From a virus (Duplodnaviria > Caudoviricetes), in the IMG/VR virus record IMGVR_UViG_3300034788_000011, positions 1 through 34,698 of that record: a stretch of DNA of 34,698 nt, one strand, 5' to 3'. Numbering within the stretch: the first letter of the stretch is position 1; every line of letters starts with the position of its first letter. A model generated the notes under the pieces. The model made no database searches, was not told where the DNA came from, and was given only the letters and a program-made list of their open reading frames with translations. Below, piece after piece: positions 1 through 10,574 of this stretch. The translations under genes were made by a program, and so were the position numbers.

Positions 1-3000
1 GTGGAAGACAGTAACTGTTCCGTCTGCGTTGAGGGGGAGTCCTGTGTCTTCGTCAATCCTTCCTTGTTGTTGGAAAGTTCCTCCAACATCTGTGTTATCT
101 GCTCGTCCTGTACCATCTCGTTGTGTTCTTGCTGCACGCTCATCGGATTGTAACTGTAACTCATTATCAACCTCCTGTAATTTAGTTTGTATAAGGTCAT
201 TTGCTATACCTAGTTTAGCAGCAAAACCAACCGCAGCATTGGCATAATCTGGTGCTTCATTATCGGCATAACCTGTTTCTACGGCTGTCTCTTTTAATTT
301 TGCTGAGTCATATAATCTTTTTTCTGGATACCAAACTAGTGCCTGTAAATCTGCCATTGTTAAATCTGGCTCTGTTTGTTGCATTGTCTCCAATACTTGT
401 GTAAATACTTTTACAATATTTCTTCTTTCTGGTGCGCCACTTGGTGCTTCTTTTTGACCGTCATTATCTTTAGCTAATAAATTACCTCTTTTACGCAATA
501 AATCGCCAAGACTTAATGTCTTATCACCTTTTCTAGGTTGACCCATTATGTCTAAAAATATTTGCTCATGTTTAGGATCTTCTGCAAATGTTGCAATTTG
601 TGCCATAGCAACACGATTAGCTTTTACTGTTGATGCATTTTTAATTGCTAGTGCTACGTTATCAATGTCACCTAATGTAAGTTTTCTACCTATTATTGTT
701 TCAAACGCCTTTTTTTGTTCTTTTGTTAATGACCTAATAATTTGTTGTATATGATCACGTTTTACTCTTGCTTGCTTTGTTTTATCTGTAACTAATGTAG
801 CTGTTACACGCCCCCATGTACGCATTAACCATCTATCCATAGTTAACTGTTCATAATTACCATATAAATTTGCAAAAAAACCATTACCAATTTTAGGCCC
901 TGCTATTGCAGCACCATAAACCATTTCATCTAATCCATAACCACCGCCTACTTTTATTTGTTTTCCGTCTTTATTTTTTCCAACATATTCTTGTACTTGT
1001 CTTACTGTATGCATTGTTCTCATAAATTCTTCTAACTCTGCAAAAGGTTTTTCATCTAATAATTTATTCATGTTTTTAAAAGCTATTTCCATAGCTTCTC
1101 TAGCTTCACCGCCTGATTCAAACACTTCTGGCAATACATTATTTTCTTTATAGAAAGCATATGCTTGTTCTGCTAATTCAAAGTTTTTATCAACTTTTAT
1201 ACCGTTAGATGTAACAGCTAACGCCCATTTAAAAATAAAATTAGATTTAACATCAGTAGCAATCTCAGGATGAATTATAGAAAGTACACCTAATGCTTTA
1301 CTAACTTTTTCGTTATACCAACCAACAGCATTTGCATTCTCTTGCAAAGCAAAACGTGCATCATCTAACAATGTGTTGACAAGATATTTTTCTGTTTCAA
1401 CAGTAAATTCTGAAACATTTACTTTAGCTTTTTTTGCTTCTGCTTTTATACGGTTCTGTATTTCTAATTTAAAATCCCGGTTAGTTGCAAATGGTTTACT
1501 AGCTGCAAAATCAAAATTTTCTACAATTCTGGCTATTTGATATACAGCCTGTGGTATTGGTTTACCTTTTTTTTGCTTACCTCTTTGTGCCAATATTTCT
1601 TGTACTTGTTGTTTATATATGTTTGCTATCTCTGTATCCCATGTACCGCTATTAAATGTTGATTTAACTGCTTTAGGATTAAATACAACTATTTCTCTAA
1701 CATCTTTCATTTCACCGGGCATAATTGCACCGTCATGTCCTTTTGCAATAAGGTTGTCTCTGAATTGATCTGCCGATACCTGTCCTGACCTTACTAATTC
1801 TTTATCGTCTAAAGTTGCATTGTATGGATTTTCTAAACGTACATACAAAGGCATAATAATTGGGTCTGTTGGGCCAGCAGGTAAACGACCTTGTTTTATC
1901 CTTGATTTTTTTAACTCTGTATATCTTTTAGCTAAAAGAATATTATCAGTTACATAAACTCCAGTTCCTAACCAACCAGTATCTAATCTTTTTGGATGAT
2001 CTAATTTAAATTCACTTATGCTGTCTGTAGTGCCGTGGTAAACAACTTGTGGTGTGCCGTCAGCATTTTTTAAAACTGATTTACCAAAAAACTTTTTAAA
2101 CTCAGGTGTGTCTAATTTAACTGAACCGTCCTGATTGAATAATTTTTGTTCTGGCGATACGTTAAATTTATCGTCAGTAGTTATGTTGTAAAAATATTTA
2201 CTAAAAAATTCACTTGGTTTTATTCCTAATTGATTTGCTTGAACTACTGCAAAATCTCTTACTAAAGGTGCTAAATATTTAATACGATTAGGCGTAAATG
2301 CTTTTAATTTAACGTCTTTTAATTGTTGCGTAATATTATCTTCTATAGTTTTAGCGTCTTTCCTTAATTCATCTGCCAATTCTTTTTGTTCATTTAAAAC
2401 TTGTTCTGCTTCTGCTCTAAGAGTTTCTCTTTCATTTGCAAACTGGCCAGCTTCTGTTGCACTCATGCTGTCCTGTGTTACACGCATATGTGGTTGCAAT
2501 GCAAGACCTAACTGTGTGCCAGCAATTTTTGCAGCATATGTTCCTGTTGGTACTGCAATATCTCCCTGTCCACCTGTTGCATTTATTTCTTTCAAATCAT
2601 TTGCTATTTGCGGAGAAAACAACTCCAACTGTTCCATAGTTATACCATTGCTTCTTAGCTGCTGATTTAATATTTCTGCGTCTATAAAAATGTTTGGTAC
2701 GTCTTTGTCACTAGCTACATTCTGTACATAAGTTTCAAAAGCATTTGGGTTTCTAATTTTTGTTTTGTCTGTAGTAGATAAAGTAGATAATGAATCAATA
2801 AAAGCAGCATCCTTTGTTGCTTTTTTTGCTTTACTTGTATTAGTTATAAAACTAGGCCCTGCACTAATACCAGCAAGTGGCAACATACCAGTAGCAACTA
2901 CTTCAAACACAGCAGCAAGTCTTTGTGATATTTCTGTTCTACCTTCTGCTGTTAATAATTTACTTTCAAATTCACCTTCTTCAAAATAATTAGCAAAATC

Positions 3001-4077
3001 TTCACCTGCAATATTTACCAATTCTTGCAATTGTTCAGTACCTACTTCTGTGGCCCAACTACGAAATACTTCAGTACCAGTTTTGCGTAAAACTTGTACC
3101 ATAGTAGGTTTTACTAGAGACTTGTTAACTTCTTGCATAGTCTCTCTTATTAGTAAACTTTTTATTGGTGCTGCAACTGTGCTTATACCTACAAATTCTA
3201 ATCCACCATTAACAAGACCAACTGATATACCAACGTTTCTTGCTACGTCATGGGAAATACCCATATCAATAAGAGCATTATACTGATGACCTGCTTCTAT
3301 CATTGTTCCTTCTTTGGCAGAACCAGTTGTCATACCCCATATAAATCCAGTAATAATTCCACCTTTAACAGTAATAGGTGCAAATGGGCCACCAAATAAT
3401 CCTAAAGTTCCACCTGTTGCTCCACCAGCCACACCAAACTTTACCGCTTCTTGCATGGTTTTAGACCATTGCCCACCTATAGTAAAAGTGTTTTCCCATA
3501 ACCCAGATCCATCACTTTCTAATTCTTCTAGCCTTACACCTATTTCTTCTATACGTTGATCTATTATTTCATTAGATTTTCCTAAATCTACATTTAATGC
3601 TTTTTGAAAACCTAGCTTACCCTGTTCAGCCATAAGCCTACCCTTTTCCCATCCTTGCCTAGCATTTTCAGGAAAATTTTGTATACCAGTAAATGCACCT
3701 TCTATAAGACTTAATCTCTCTACATTGTCTTGTGCTATTGCTGCAAAATTAGGGTCAGTCAAATGACGCATTAATATTGGATTTGTTTGTGCCAAATTTA
3801 AACGAGTTATATTTTGTCGTTTATTTCTTTCTTTTAAAATTTCTAAAGTTGTATCACTATTTAATGCAACTCCGGGTGGTAAATTTAAACGGTTTGCTAA
3901 TTTTTGTGCTTCGCCAGTATTATCTGGATCTAAAGAAGAAACTGTATGTAAAATTTGTTTTAATTTTTCTTCACGCTCTTTATTTTCTTGTTCATACAAA
4001 TCATCAAATGGATTTTTTTGACTATAGTTTTGGCTTGGTGCTACAGAATTTAAATCATCAAAAGGATTTGTTGGCAT
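1..4077 (-). CDS. Large internal virion/ejection polyvalent protein (>1359 aa, 3' end runs off the window) with ART-like and HhH-glycosylase-like domains
   Basis: Not in the ORF track. ATG at 4077 overlaps the upstream TAA (TAATG). The frame was open in every segment I translated down to position 1 (MPTNPFDDLNSVAPSQ...). Gly-rich hydrophobic segment ~3300-3480; motif DGTPQVVYHGT...GWLGTGVYVT...GHDGAI...EIVVFNP at ~1620-2110; third gene after the nozzle. Confidence 0.88.
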   Translation of the reverse strand, partial: MPTNPFDDLNSVAPSQNYSQKNPFDDLYEQENKEREEKLKQILHTVSSLDPDNTGEAQKLANRLNLPPGVALNSDTTLEILKERNKRQNITRLNLAQTNPILMRHLTDPNFAAIAQDNVERLSLIEGAFTGIQNFPENARQGWEKGRLMAEQGKLGFQKALNVDLGKSNEIIDQRIEEIGVRLEELESDGSGLWENTFTIGGQWSKTMQEAVKFGVAGGATGGTLGLFGGPFAPITVKGGIITGFIWGMTTGSAKEGTMIEAGHQYNALIDMGISHDVARNVGISVGLVNGGLEFVGISTVAAPIKSLLIRETMQEVNKSLVKPTMVQVLRKTGTEVFRSWATEVGTEQLQELVNIAGEDFANYFEEGEFESKLLTAEGRTEISQRLAAVFEVVATGMLPLAGISAGPSFITNTSKAKKATKDAAFIDSLSTLSTTDKTKIRNPNAFETYVQNVASDKDVPNIFIDAEILNQQLRSNGITMEQLELFSPQIANDLKEINATGGQGDIAVPTGTYAAKIAGTQLGLALQPHMRVTQDSMSATEAGQFANERETLRAEAEQVLNEQKELADELRKDAKTIEDNITQQLKDVKLKAFTPNRIKYLAPLVRDFAVVQANQLGIKPSEFFSKYFYNITTDDKFNVSPEQKLFNQDGSVKLDTPEFKKFFGKSVLKNADGTPQVVYHGTTDSISEFKLDHPKRLDTGWLGTGVYVTDNILLAKRYTELKKSRIKQGRLPAGPTDPIIMPLYVRLENPYNATLDDKELVRSGQVSADQFRDNLIAKGHDGAIMPGEMKDVREIVVFNPKAVKSTFNSGTWDTEIANIYKQQVQEILAQRGKQKKGKPIPQAVYQIARIVENFDFAASKPFATNRDFKLEIQNRIKAEAKKAKVNVSEFTVETEKYLVNTLLDDARFALQENANAVGWYNEKVSKALGVLSIIHPEIATDVKSNFIFKWALAVTSNGIKVDKNFELAEQAYAFYKENNVLPEVFESGGEAREAMEIAFKNMNKLLDEKPFAELEEFMRTMHTVRQVQEYVGKNKDGKQIKVGGGYGLDEMVYGAAIAGPKIGNGFFANLYGNYEQLTMDRWLMRTWGRVTATLVTDKTKQARVKRDHIQQIIRSLTKEQKKAFETIIGRKLTLGDIDNVALAIKNASTVKANRVAMAQIATFAEDPKHEQIFLDIMGQPRKGDKTLSLGDLLRKRGNLLAKDNDGQKEAPSGAPERRNIVKVFTQVLETMQQTEPDLTMADLQALVWYPEKRLYDSAKLKETAVETGYADNEAPDYANAAVGFAAKLGIANDLIQTKLQEVDNELQLQSDERAARTQRDGTGRADNTDVGGTFQQQGRIDEDTGLPLNADGTVTVFH

Positions 4078-6710
4078 TAATCTTCCTCCCTGTAAGCAAA
4101 CGCTTCATTAACATTTTTAGGTTGACCTTTGCGTACAAAGTAATCTGCAATATTTTTTTGTGTATTAGGTTTGTTTGCTCTAGCCAAAGATTCTTCTATT
4201 AAACCCAACACTTTGTCATCGATTTTACTTGTAAATACTCTTACGTTTTCGCCTTTATAAGGTATATCTACATAAACATCTTGTAACCTGTCGTAATCAA
4301 CTAATTTAATTGGTACATTTATTTCATCTCTAAAGAAATTATCTACATTGACTAAATCTGTTAACAAGATGTAGTCAAGTGCTTCTTGTTTTTCACCTAA
4401 AGTTAATTTTTGGTTGCCTTTTGCTATTTGTCGTGCATTAATTTCTTTTAACCATGCGTCATTTAACTGAATGTATTTTCTTTTTTTATTTTTATTTTTA
4501 GCCGTATACAAATCGCCCATATCATATCTGTCTAATGTAGCTTTTAACATGGTTACATTACCTGTTGCTTCTACTACAGAATCTTCACTTCTTAAAGAAT
4601 CTGCATATCTTTTTAAATCAAGATATTGTCCATTACTTAATTTGTGACTATGAGATTCTAAATTAGTTGCAACTTCTGCTGGATTACTTTTTAATTCAAA
4701 TTCTGTATCTACATCTGATTCTACTGGCTGTCCATTTTTTAATATTTCCTGATCTTGTTTAGTAAAATTATCAATATTAATATTATTAGCAATTAAATTT
4801 TGCCATCCTCCCGGCTCTGCAAATGCTATTTCTTTTGCGTTATTAAACGCTTGATTATATATAGCTCTTGTTTTGTTTTCTATTTTACTGTATTTGATAT
4901 CTAAATCTTTTAACGCATAATCTAATTCTTCCTCATCTATAACTGTATCTTTAAGTTTTTCTACTAACTTTTCTTTTGGTTGTAAGCCTGTAACTTTATC
5001 AACTATTATTGTTTCGTCTGTGTCTGGATTATAATCATAGTCAACATTTTTCTTTAAAACTTCTAAATCATTAGCAACTTTATTTTGATATATTTCTGCT
5101 TTATCTGCTTTTGTTTCTGCAAAATCTTTTGCACCAGTTCTTCCTCCAAATCTTTTTTCACCAGTAAAAAAATCTAAATCTTCAGTACGAACACCGGGAT
5201 TTACTTTTGTTGCATTTTCTGGATTTTGATAAAATTCTTTGACAGCTTTACTGTATGCTCTACCTCCTGTCGCACCAGTTGCAAAATCACTTCTTTTTGG
5301 TGGGTTTGGAAATATAGTTTTTGTCGCACCATAAAATCTATTATATTTATCGCCTGTTGCGTCAAGAACAAATTCATTGTATTTATCTAATATTGCTGCT
5401 TTTATTATTTTTTCATTGTCTGGATTTTTTAAAAATTCTTCTTCAAATTTTTTCTTAGCTGCTGCATATTGTCTACGACCTGCTTTATTGTCTGGAAATG
5501 TATTTTTAAACTCAGGCAAATCGTATTCTCGTTCTGCTTTTCTATATAACGAATCTGCTTTACTTACACCTAATTTTTGTATTGCAAACACATGGGTCAA
5601 TTGGTGTTGCGGTATCATTTTTTTATAAACATTAGACGTACTTACAATTTGTTGTAATAGTTCTATTCTTTCATTTCTTTGGCTACCAGTAATATCAATA
5701 GCTTCATCATTACTATTAAAACCATCCTTTACTGATCCACCAATACCATTAGATGTAGTGTTGTTGCTGCTTAAAGCAAATATTGTATTAGCTTGATCTA
5801 AAAATTTTCCGTTGTTTTGATTACTATTATTAGCAATAAGTGTGTCATTGATAACGCCTTGATTATGTTCGCTATGTTTTTGTTCTACTTTTGTTTCTAA
5901 TTCTTTGGCTTTTTTTGCGTTTAATACTGGATTTAATTTTAAAAATAATCTTTCAATTTCACCAAATTCTGCATCTTCAGTAAGTTTGTCTATAAGATCT
6001 TCATATATTTCATCGTTATATTCCCTTATTGATTTTATATATTGTTCACTAATTGGTATTTGTTTTCCGTTTGCGTCTATAGCATTAGGATCTATATTCC
6101 AACCTTTTAATATTGCTTGCTCTTTTAATTTTTCTAAACCACCAGCATAATGCAATTGAAATGGCCCACTAGGATCATTCCAAGTTGCATAATTAGCTTT
6201 TGCTTCACTTTTTAAAATTTCAAGACTAGCTTTTACTTCGTTTTCGTGCGCTAAACGTTGTTGCTTAATAGAATGCTGCGTCATTTTATTAGTCGCAGAA
6301 TTTAAAGAAACTGATGCCATATTTTCAAACAAATATTTACTTTCGCCATTACTTGCTAACTCTGCATATTTAGCTAATAAATCATTGTTATTGTTATTAA
6401 CAACATCAAAAGCAGATTTTCCTTCTTCTTTATTAACAGTTTTTACTGCATCAAAACCTTTAGTAGTTAAATAATTATTAGTACTTGCTTCTAATTCATT
6501 GTAAAATTCGTTATATAATTTTTTTGATTCAGCATCGTTAAATTCATCTTGTAATTTAAAAGCAATTGCAGATACGTTTTGTTGTGCTTTAGCAAAATTT
6601 TGTAAATCATCAGTAACGGTATCTTGTATAGGTTCTATTCTGCCACTACTAAATTGTGGAGCAGATCCAATTTCTAATCCTTCAGATGGTGTTAAAGGTA
6701 CTGTTGCCAT
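4077..6710 (-). CDS. Internal virion (ejection) protein, 877 aa
   Basis: Long helical-looking ORF between the small and large internal proteins, the usual T7 gp15-like slot; no catalytic motif recognised. Confidence 0.7.
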   Translation of the reverse strand: MATVPLTPSEGLEIGSAPQFSSGRIEPIQDTVTDDLQNFAKAQQNVSAIAFKLQDEFNDAESKKLYNEFYNELEASTNNYLTTKGFDAVKTVNKEEGKSAFDVVNNNNNDLLAKYAELASNGESKYLFENMASVSLNSATNKMTQHSIKQQRLAHENEVKASLEILKSEAKANYATWNDPSGPFQLHYAGGLEKLKEQAILKGWNIDPNAIDANGKQIPISEQYIKSIREYNDEIYEDLIDKLTEDAEFGEIERLFLKLNPVLNAKKAKELETKVEQKHSEHNQGVINDTLIANNSNQNNGKFLDQANTIFALSSNNTTSNGIGGSVKDGFNSNDEAIDITGSQRNERIELLQQIVSTSNVYKKMIPQHQLTHVFAIQKLGVSKADSLYRKAEREYDLPEFKNTFPDNKAGRRQYAAAKKKFEEEFLKNPDNEKIIKAAILDKYNEFVLDATGDKYNRFYGATKTIFPNPPKRSDFATGATGGRAYSKAVKEFYQNPENATKVNPGVRTEDLDFFTGEKRFGGRTGAKDFAETKADKAEIYQNKVANDLEVLKKNVDYDYNPDTDETIIVDKVTGLQPKEKLVEKLKDTVIDEEELDYALKDLDIKYSKIENKTRAIYNQAFNNAKEIAFAEPGGWQNLIANNINIDNFTKQDQEILKNGQPVESDVDTEFELKSNPAEVATNLESHSHKLSNGQYLDLKRYADSLRSEDSVVEATGNVTMLKATLDRYDMGDLYTAKNKNKKRKYIQLNDAWLKEINARQIAKGNQKLTLGEKQEALDYILLTDLVNVDNFFRDEINVPIKLVDYDRLQDVYVDIPYKGENVRVFTSKIDDKVLGLIEESLARANKPNTQKNIADYFVRKGQPKNVNEAFAYREED

Positions 6711-6716
6711 AATTAA

Positions 6717-7292
6717 TTAACCAAAAAAACTTTCGGGTAAATTACCAACAATGTTGGTTGCGCCTGTTAACAACGTACTAGTCATATTCATAAACGGACT
6801 AATAGACGAAGCAGTACTAAACATATTGTTAGCTGATACACCAAGCATATCTCCTTGTATACCAATGCCAACTGCACGAGTTCTTTGTGCATTCATAGCT
6901 CTTACTTTGTTTGTGTTTAAAGTTAACCTATCTATTTCTTTCATTAATTCAGCACTGGCAAAAACATTTGCAGTACTACCAACACCCATCTGTATACCTC
7001 TTGCAGCAAATGATGCTTTAGATTTAGAAATTTGCTGACCTGTTCTTAAAGTTTGTATTTGCAATCGTTTGTTATATGCTCTTGCTATATGTTGCGCTTG
7101 ACTTTCCAGCATACGTCTGTTGAGCTTCGCCATGTCACGCTGATGCTCAAGATTTAACGCCTGACTTTTTAATTTATATTTCTCAGTATTAGCAGCAGAC
7201 CTAGCACTAATCATGCCAGTAAGTGTGCTTGTAATACCTAATCCAAGACCTAATTTATCTCCTAATCCTAAACTTGACCAACCTGTTGCCAT
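6717..7292 (-). CDS. Small internal virion protein (T7 gp14-like slot), 191 aa
   Basis: Gly-rich hydrophobic N-terminus, coiled-coil middle, AARGIQMGVGS motif; directly downstream of the nozzle gene. Confidence 0.72.
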   Translation of the reverse strand: MATGWSSLGLGDKLGLGLGITSTLTGMISARSAANTEKYKLKSQALNLEHQRDMAKLNRRMLESQAQHIARAYNKRLQIQTLRTGQQISKSKASFAARGIQMGVGSTANVFASAELMKEIDRLTLNTNKVRAMNAQRTRAVGIGIQGDMLGVSANNMFSTASSISPFMNMTSTLLTGATNIVGNLPESFFG

Positions 7293-7318
7293 TAGTTCAA
7301 CAAAGTACCTATTTTAAT

Positions 7319-7350
7319 AATATACATATAGGTTACTTGTTTACGGTTAC
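7319..7350 (-). promoter_or_regulatory. Putative phage late promoter GTAACCGTAA-N16-TATATT
   Basis: Intergenic, upstream of the internal virion genes; same motif and spacing at 13373-13404 and 16656-16687. Confidence 0.75.
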
Positions 7351-7351
7351 A

Positions 7352-9829
7352 CTATCCACCAATAGTTACTTCTAAAGTTAATGCAACTACTGTCAATGGT
7401 AATGGATCAGTTTGTCGTACAAATAACTGGCCATTGTCTTGCCAAGTAGGAGTTAACATAATTTTTATATCTTGTGTTTTTAATCTTGGTGGTTCACCAT
7501 ACGGTTCTGTAGTTCTTTGTTTTGCTTCTATTAATTTGTCTGCACTAGGGCCAGCAAAAATACCAGAAGATTCTAATACTCTTAACCAGACATGATTTAT
7601 ATTTTTTACTCTACCCTGACCAAATGCTTCTACTTGCAAAGCTAAAGGTAAACTTTGCAAATCACTATTATATTGCAAACCTATATGAGCAACACTGGCA
7701 GCACGTTCTAAAACTATTGTGCCACTACTTACTACTCTTTGTGGATGTACTGCACCATCTGCCAATATGCTTACAGTTTTACCTTCTAGATAATTTAAAC
7801 CTGATATTGTATTTCTTGCAACTTCATATGATGTTAATCCTGTGTTTCGTAAAGGTGCTGGCAAATCTCTTTCTAATCTTGCAGTTGCTACGGTTGCACT
7901 TGTAGTAGATATAATTACACACCTATATGTATCTGTTCCATCTACTATAACTATTGCATCATCTACATCAGCTACACTTGGCGGTGCTTGAAATAAATTA
8001 TAGTTAGTTGTCACTGTAACGCTTTCACCTCTTGTATAGTTTGTACCGCCAGAAATAGTTACAGTGCGAGAATTATCTGTATTTGTACCATCATATGTAG
8101 AGCCAGAATCAACAAAAAAACTATCACGTTGAGTTGCATATATTCTTGTTCCCATACGTTCTATATATCTTTTTGTCGCACCATTAATAGTTCTTTTAAT
8201 AACGCAATAAACTACATCATCTGCACCTTCAGAAACTACTGCTACGCTTTCAAATAAACCATCAGTGTCATGTTGATGCCATGCACCTATTTGTTGTTCT
8301 GGTACATATGTAAGTCCTAATAATAAACCTTGATTATTTACAAACCAAACTACAGGCAATGGTGCTTTTGCCATACCTATGTCTACAATTTCGAAATTAT
8401 CAAATAAATGTGCTGCTCTGATAGATACATCACCTGTAATAAAACCATTAGCTTGCCAGTTGTAACCTAATTCTCTAACGTGGCCACCACGAGATGCAGC
8501 ATAAACCATGCTGTTATTAACAATTACTGGTTGTGCATTGTTTGCACCAACATAAGATTGTGGTTTTACTGATATAGACGTAGGTGTTATAGCGTCACTG
8601 TTTACAGAAGTTACACGCCACTCTGCTGACCCTGTAAGCATAAGTAAGTTTGTTAGTGGAACTATATGCCTAATAGTATTTGCTTCACGAGCAGCAACTC
8701 TAAACTCAATACGGTCATCATCTCGTATAGGTAAACCAAAAGACATATTACTTTCAGTACCTGACTTAGTCATCCATATATTTTGCGGTGCATTATTTGT
8801 ACCAGCAAACACTCTGCGTTGTTCAAAATAAGATACAGCACCGGGATAATTACCGCTTCCTACAAAATCATTTTCATATATTGGTGGCGTTACAGAAAAA
8901 TCTGGCCCTATGTTGTCATCAATAATAGTTGTAGCAGTAGTTTCTCCAATAAATCCATATATACCACCTTGATTTTTATAAACTCTATATCTATCAGCAG
9001 CAGCTACTGCATTCCAAGTTACTGTATTTTTTGCACCAGTTACAAAAATATTATTATTGACAGATGCAGAACTAGATTGTGCGCTTTCATCTACTAAATT
9101 TGCTGCAATAGAAGTAACTACATATTCGTGTGCTTGATAAGTATCAGTGTTAATACTGGCAGATGAAGGTATATATGCAGCTACACTAACTCCTCCCGGT
9201 GCTGAAATAGGACTACCAAAATCAATTAATTTAAGTTCCCATTTTGTTGCGCCTAATCTTCTTAGTTCTCTTGGTGGATGATTTGGATGTACTAACGTCA
9301 TAACGTCAGCAGATTGTACATAATGCAAATCAAATAATTCTTGATCTTGTGCATCCTGTTGATATGGCGAAGGTATTTCATATGTCATATCAGCAGGTAA
9401 CGCATACCAATTGGTAGCATTTGGTGGCTGACTATTAGAATGCGCTGTTTTAGCGTAATAATTTACACCGTTATATAACGCTATATCTCCCACTGTATAG
9501 TTTGTTCCACTGTTCCATGCTGCCCCATCTACATATTGCAGGGTTAATCCTTGTGTATGAAACCTAAAATATTCATGGCCCATTTCGATAACCATAGTTT
9601 GCACAGTATTAAAAGTAAATGACAACAATCTTGTAGCTTTTGTACTGTCTTTAACTTCTTTTACAAACTTAAATCCCGGTCTATTTTGTGCTGGCCCTTG
9701 TGGTTTAGCAATAAAATTACGCATTTTTGCTGAACCTTGTTGATATTTAGCATCATCTATACGCCCAAACATTTCTGGCGATATTTCACCTGCCGAAAAT
9801 GCTTTAGAAAATGTGCGTGTAGTTGGCAT
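7352..9829 (-). CDS. Tail nozzle / tail tubular protein B, 825 aa
   Basis: FSAGEISPEMFGRID start, QSADVMTLVHP, YPGAVSYFEQRR and AWHQHDTDG motifs typical of podovirus nozzle (P22 gp10/T7 gp12-like) proteins. Confidence 0.88.
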   Translation of the reverse strand: MPTTRTFSKAFSAGEISPEMFGRIDDAKYQQGSAKMRNFIAKPQGPAQNRPGFKFVKEVKDSTKATRLLSFTFNTVQTMVIEMGHEYFRFHTQGLTLQYVDGAAWNSGTNYTVGDIALYNGVNYYAKTAHSNSQPPNATNWYALPADMTYEIPSPYQQDAQDQELFDLHYVQSADVMTLVHPNHPPRELRRLGATKWELKLIDFGSPISAPGGVSVAAYIPSSASINTDTYQAHEYVVTSIAANLVDESAQSSSASVNNNIFVTGAKNTVTWNAVAAADRYRVYKNQGGIYGFIGETTATTIIDDNIGPDFSVTPPIYENDFVGSGNYPGAVSYFEQRRVFAGTNNAPQNIWMTKSGTESNMSFGLPIRDDDRIEFRVAAREANTIRHIVPLTNLLMLTGSAEWRVTSVNSDAITPTSISVKPQSYVGANNAQPVIVNNSMVYAASRGGHVRELGYNWQANGFITGDVSIRAAHLFDNFEIVDIGMAKAPLPVVWFVNNQGLLLGLTYVPEQQIGAWHQHDTDGLFESVAVVSEGADDVVYCVIKRTINGATKRYIERMGTRIYATQRDSFFVDSGSTYDGTNTDNSRTVTISGGTNYTRGESVTVTTNYNLFQAPPSVADVDDAIVIVDGTDTYRCVIISTTSATVATARLERDLPAPLRNTGLTSYEVARNTISGLNYLEGKTVSILADGAVHPQRVVSSGTIVLERAASVAHIGLQYNSDLQSLPLALQVEAFGQGRVKNINHVWLRVLESSGIFAGPSADKLIEAKQRTTEPYGEPPRLKTQDIKIMLTPTWQDNGQLFVRQTDPLPLTVVALTLEVTIGG

Positions 9830-9832
9830 AAT

Positions 9833-10501
9833 CTATCTCCCAGATGTCCAAGGAACAATATGTTCTATTGTTATATCTCTTTGTAAATTATCTGCTTGTT
9901 TTGCGCTAGATAAATATCCTTGCATCATTTCTATACAACGTTTTGCTTCTGCCATGCCTTGATCACCTTTTATTATTGGCCCTGCAAGCATTGATGCTAA
10001 ATGCCAAGATAATGTATTAATAAATAAAGGTGGAAATAAAGTAGAATCAGTTATTAATGCTTGGTATCTCAACATTGCATTTTCTTGATTTGTATAAATA
10101 TATGATCCTTCTATTGCAAATTGTTGTGGTGTATATTGTCCGGCTACAATTGTTGGCGCATAGTTAGATGTTATACCACCGGGAGTATCACCAGCAGACA
10201 TTCTTGTAGCATAATCATTTTGTGCCGTTGGAGATATTATTGCAACAGCCGACATCATGTCAGCAGGTGCTGCGTATGCATAATCCCATTGATCTAAAGT
10301 ATTAGTAGTTAAAGCTAAACTACCCCTTTTAGATGCAAAAGACCATGTATGCATTGCCAGCAAACTGTTTCTTGCTATTGGATAAAAACGTGCAGCTTTT
10401 TCTGCTTGTGCTGATCCTTCGGGTGGGGATAGCGTAGCTATTGTTGCATCATCACCCAAGTTTGCTAGGGCAAGGTTGCAAATATCTACTTCAGTTGCCA
10501 T
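9833..10501 (-). CDS. Tail adaptor / tail tubular protein A, 222 aa
   Basis: MATEVDICNLALANLG start, HTWSFA, WDYAYAAPAD; SD GGAG upstream; precedes the nozzle. Confidence 0.85.
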   Translation of the reverse strand: MATEVDICNLALANLGDDATIATLSPPEGSAQAEKAARFYPIARNSLLAMHTWSFASKRGSLALTTNTLDQWDYAYAAPADMMSAVAIISPTAQNDYATRMSAGDTPGGITSNYAPTIVAGQYTPQQFAIEGSYIYTNQENAMLRYQALITDSTLFPPLFINTLSWHLASMLAGPIIKGDQGMAEAKRCIEMMQGYLSSAKQADNLQRDITIEHIVPWTSGR

Positions 10502-10511
10502 GACATCTCCT

Positions 10512-10549
10512 AAAAAAAAGGGAGGTTAGCAGTTATACTACTAGCCCCC
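10512..10549 (-). terminator. Intrinsic terminator after the capsid cluster
   Basis: Minus strand GGGGGCTAGTAG-TATAA-CTGCTAACCTCCC followed by T8. Confidence 0.8.
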
Positions 10550-10574
10550 AGTGTGTAAATAAGAAAACCAATGC

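Noticed and set aside
5200-5520. Similar segments GRRQYAAAKKKF and GGRAYSKAVKEF in the 877-aa protein
   Set aside because: The similarity is too short and degenerate to call a repeat or domain without an alignment.
29-6150. Plus-strand ORFs from the track (29, 548, 2436, 2465, 2765, 3050, 3314, 3777, 5377, 5905)
   Set aside because: Antisense shadows of the long minus-strand virion genes, with no SD or recognisable motifs.
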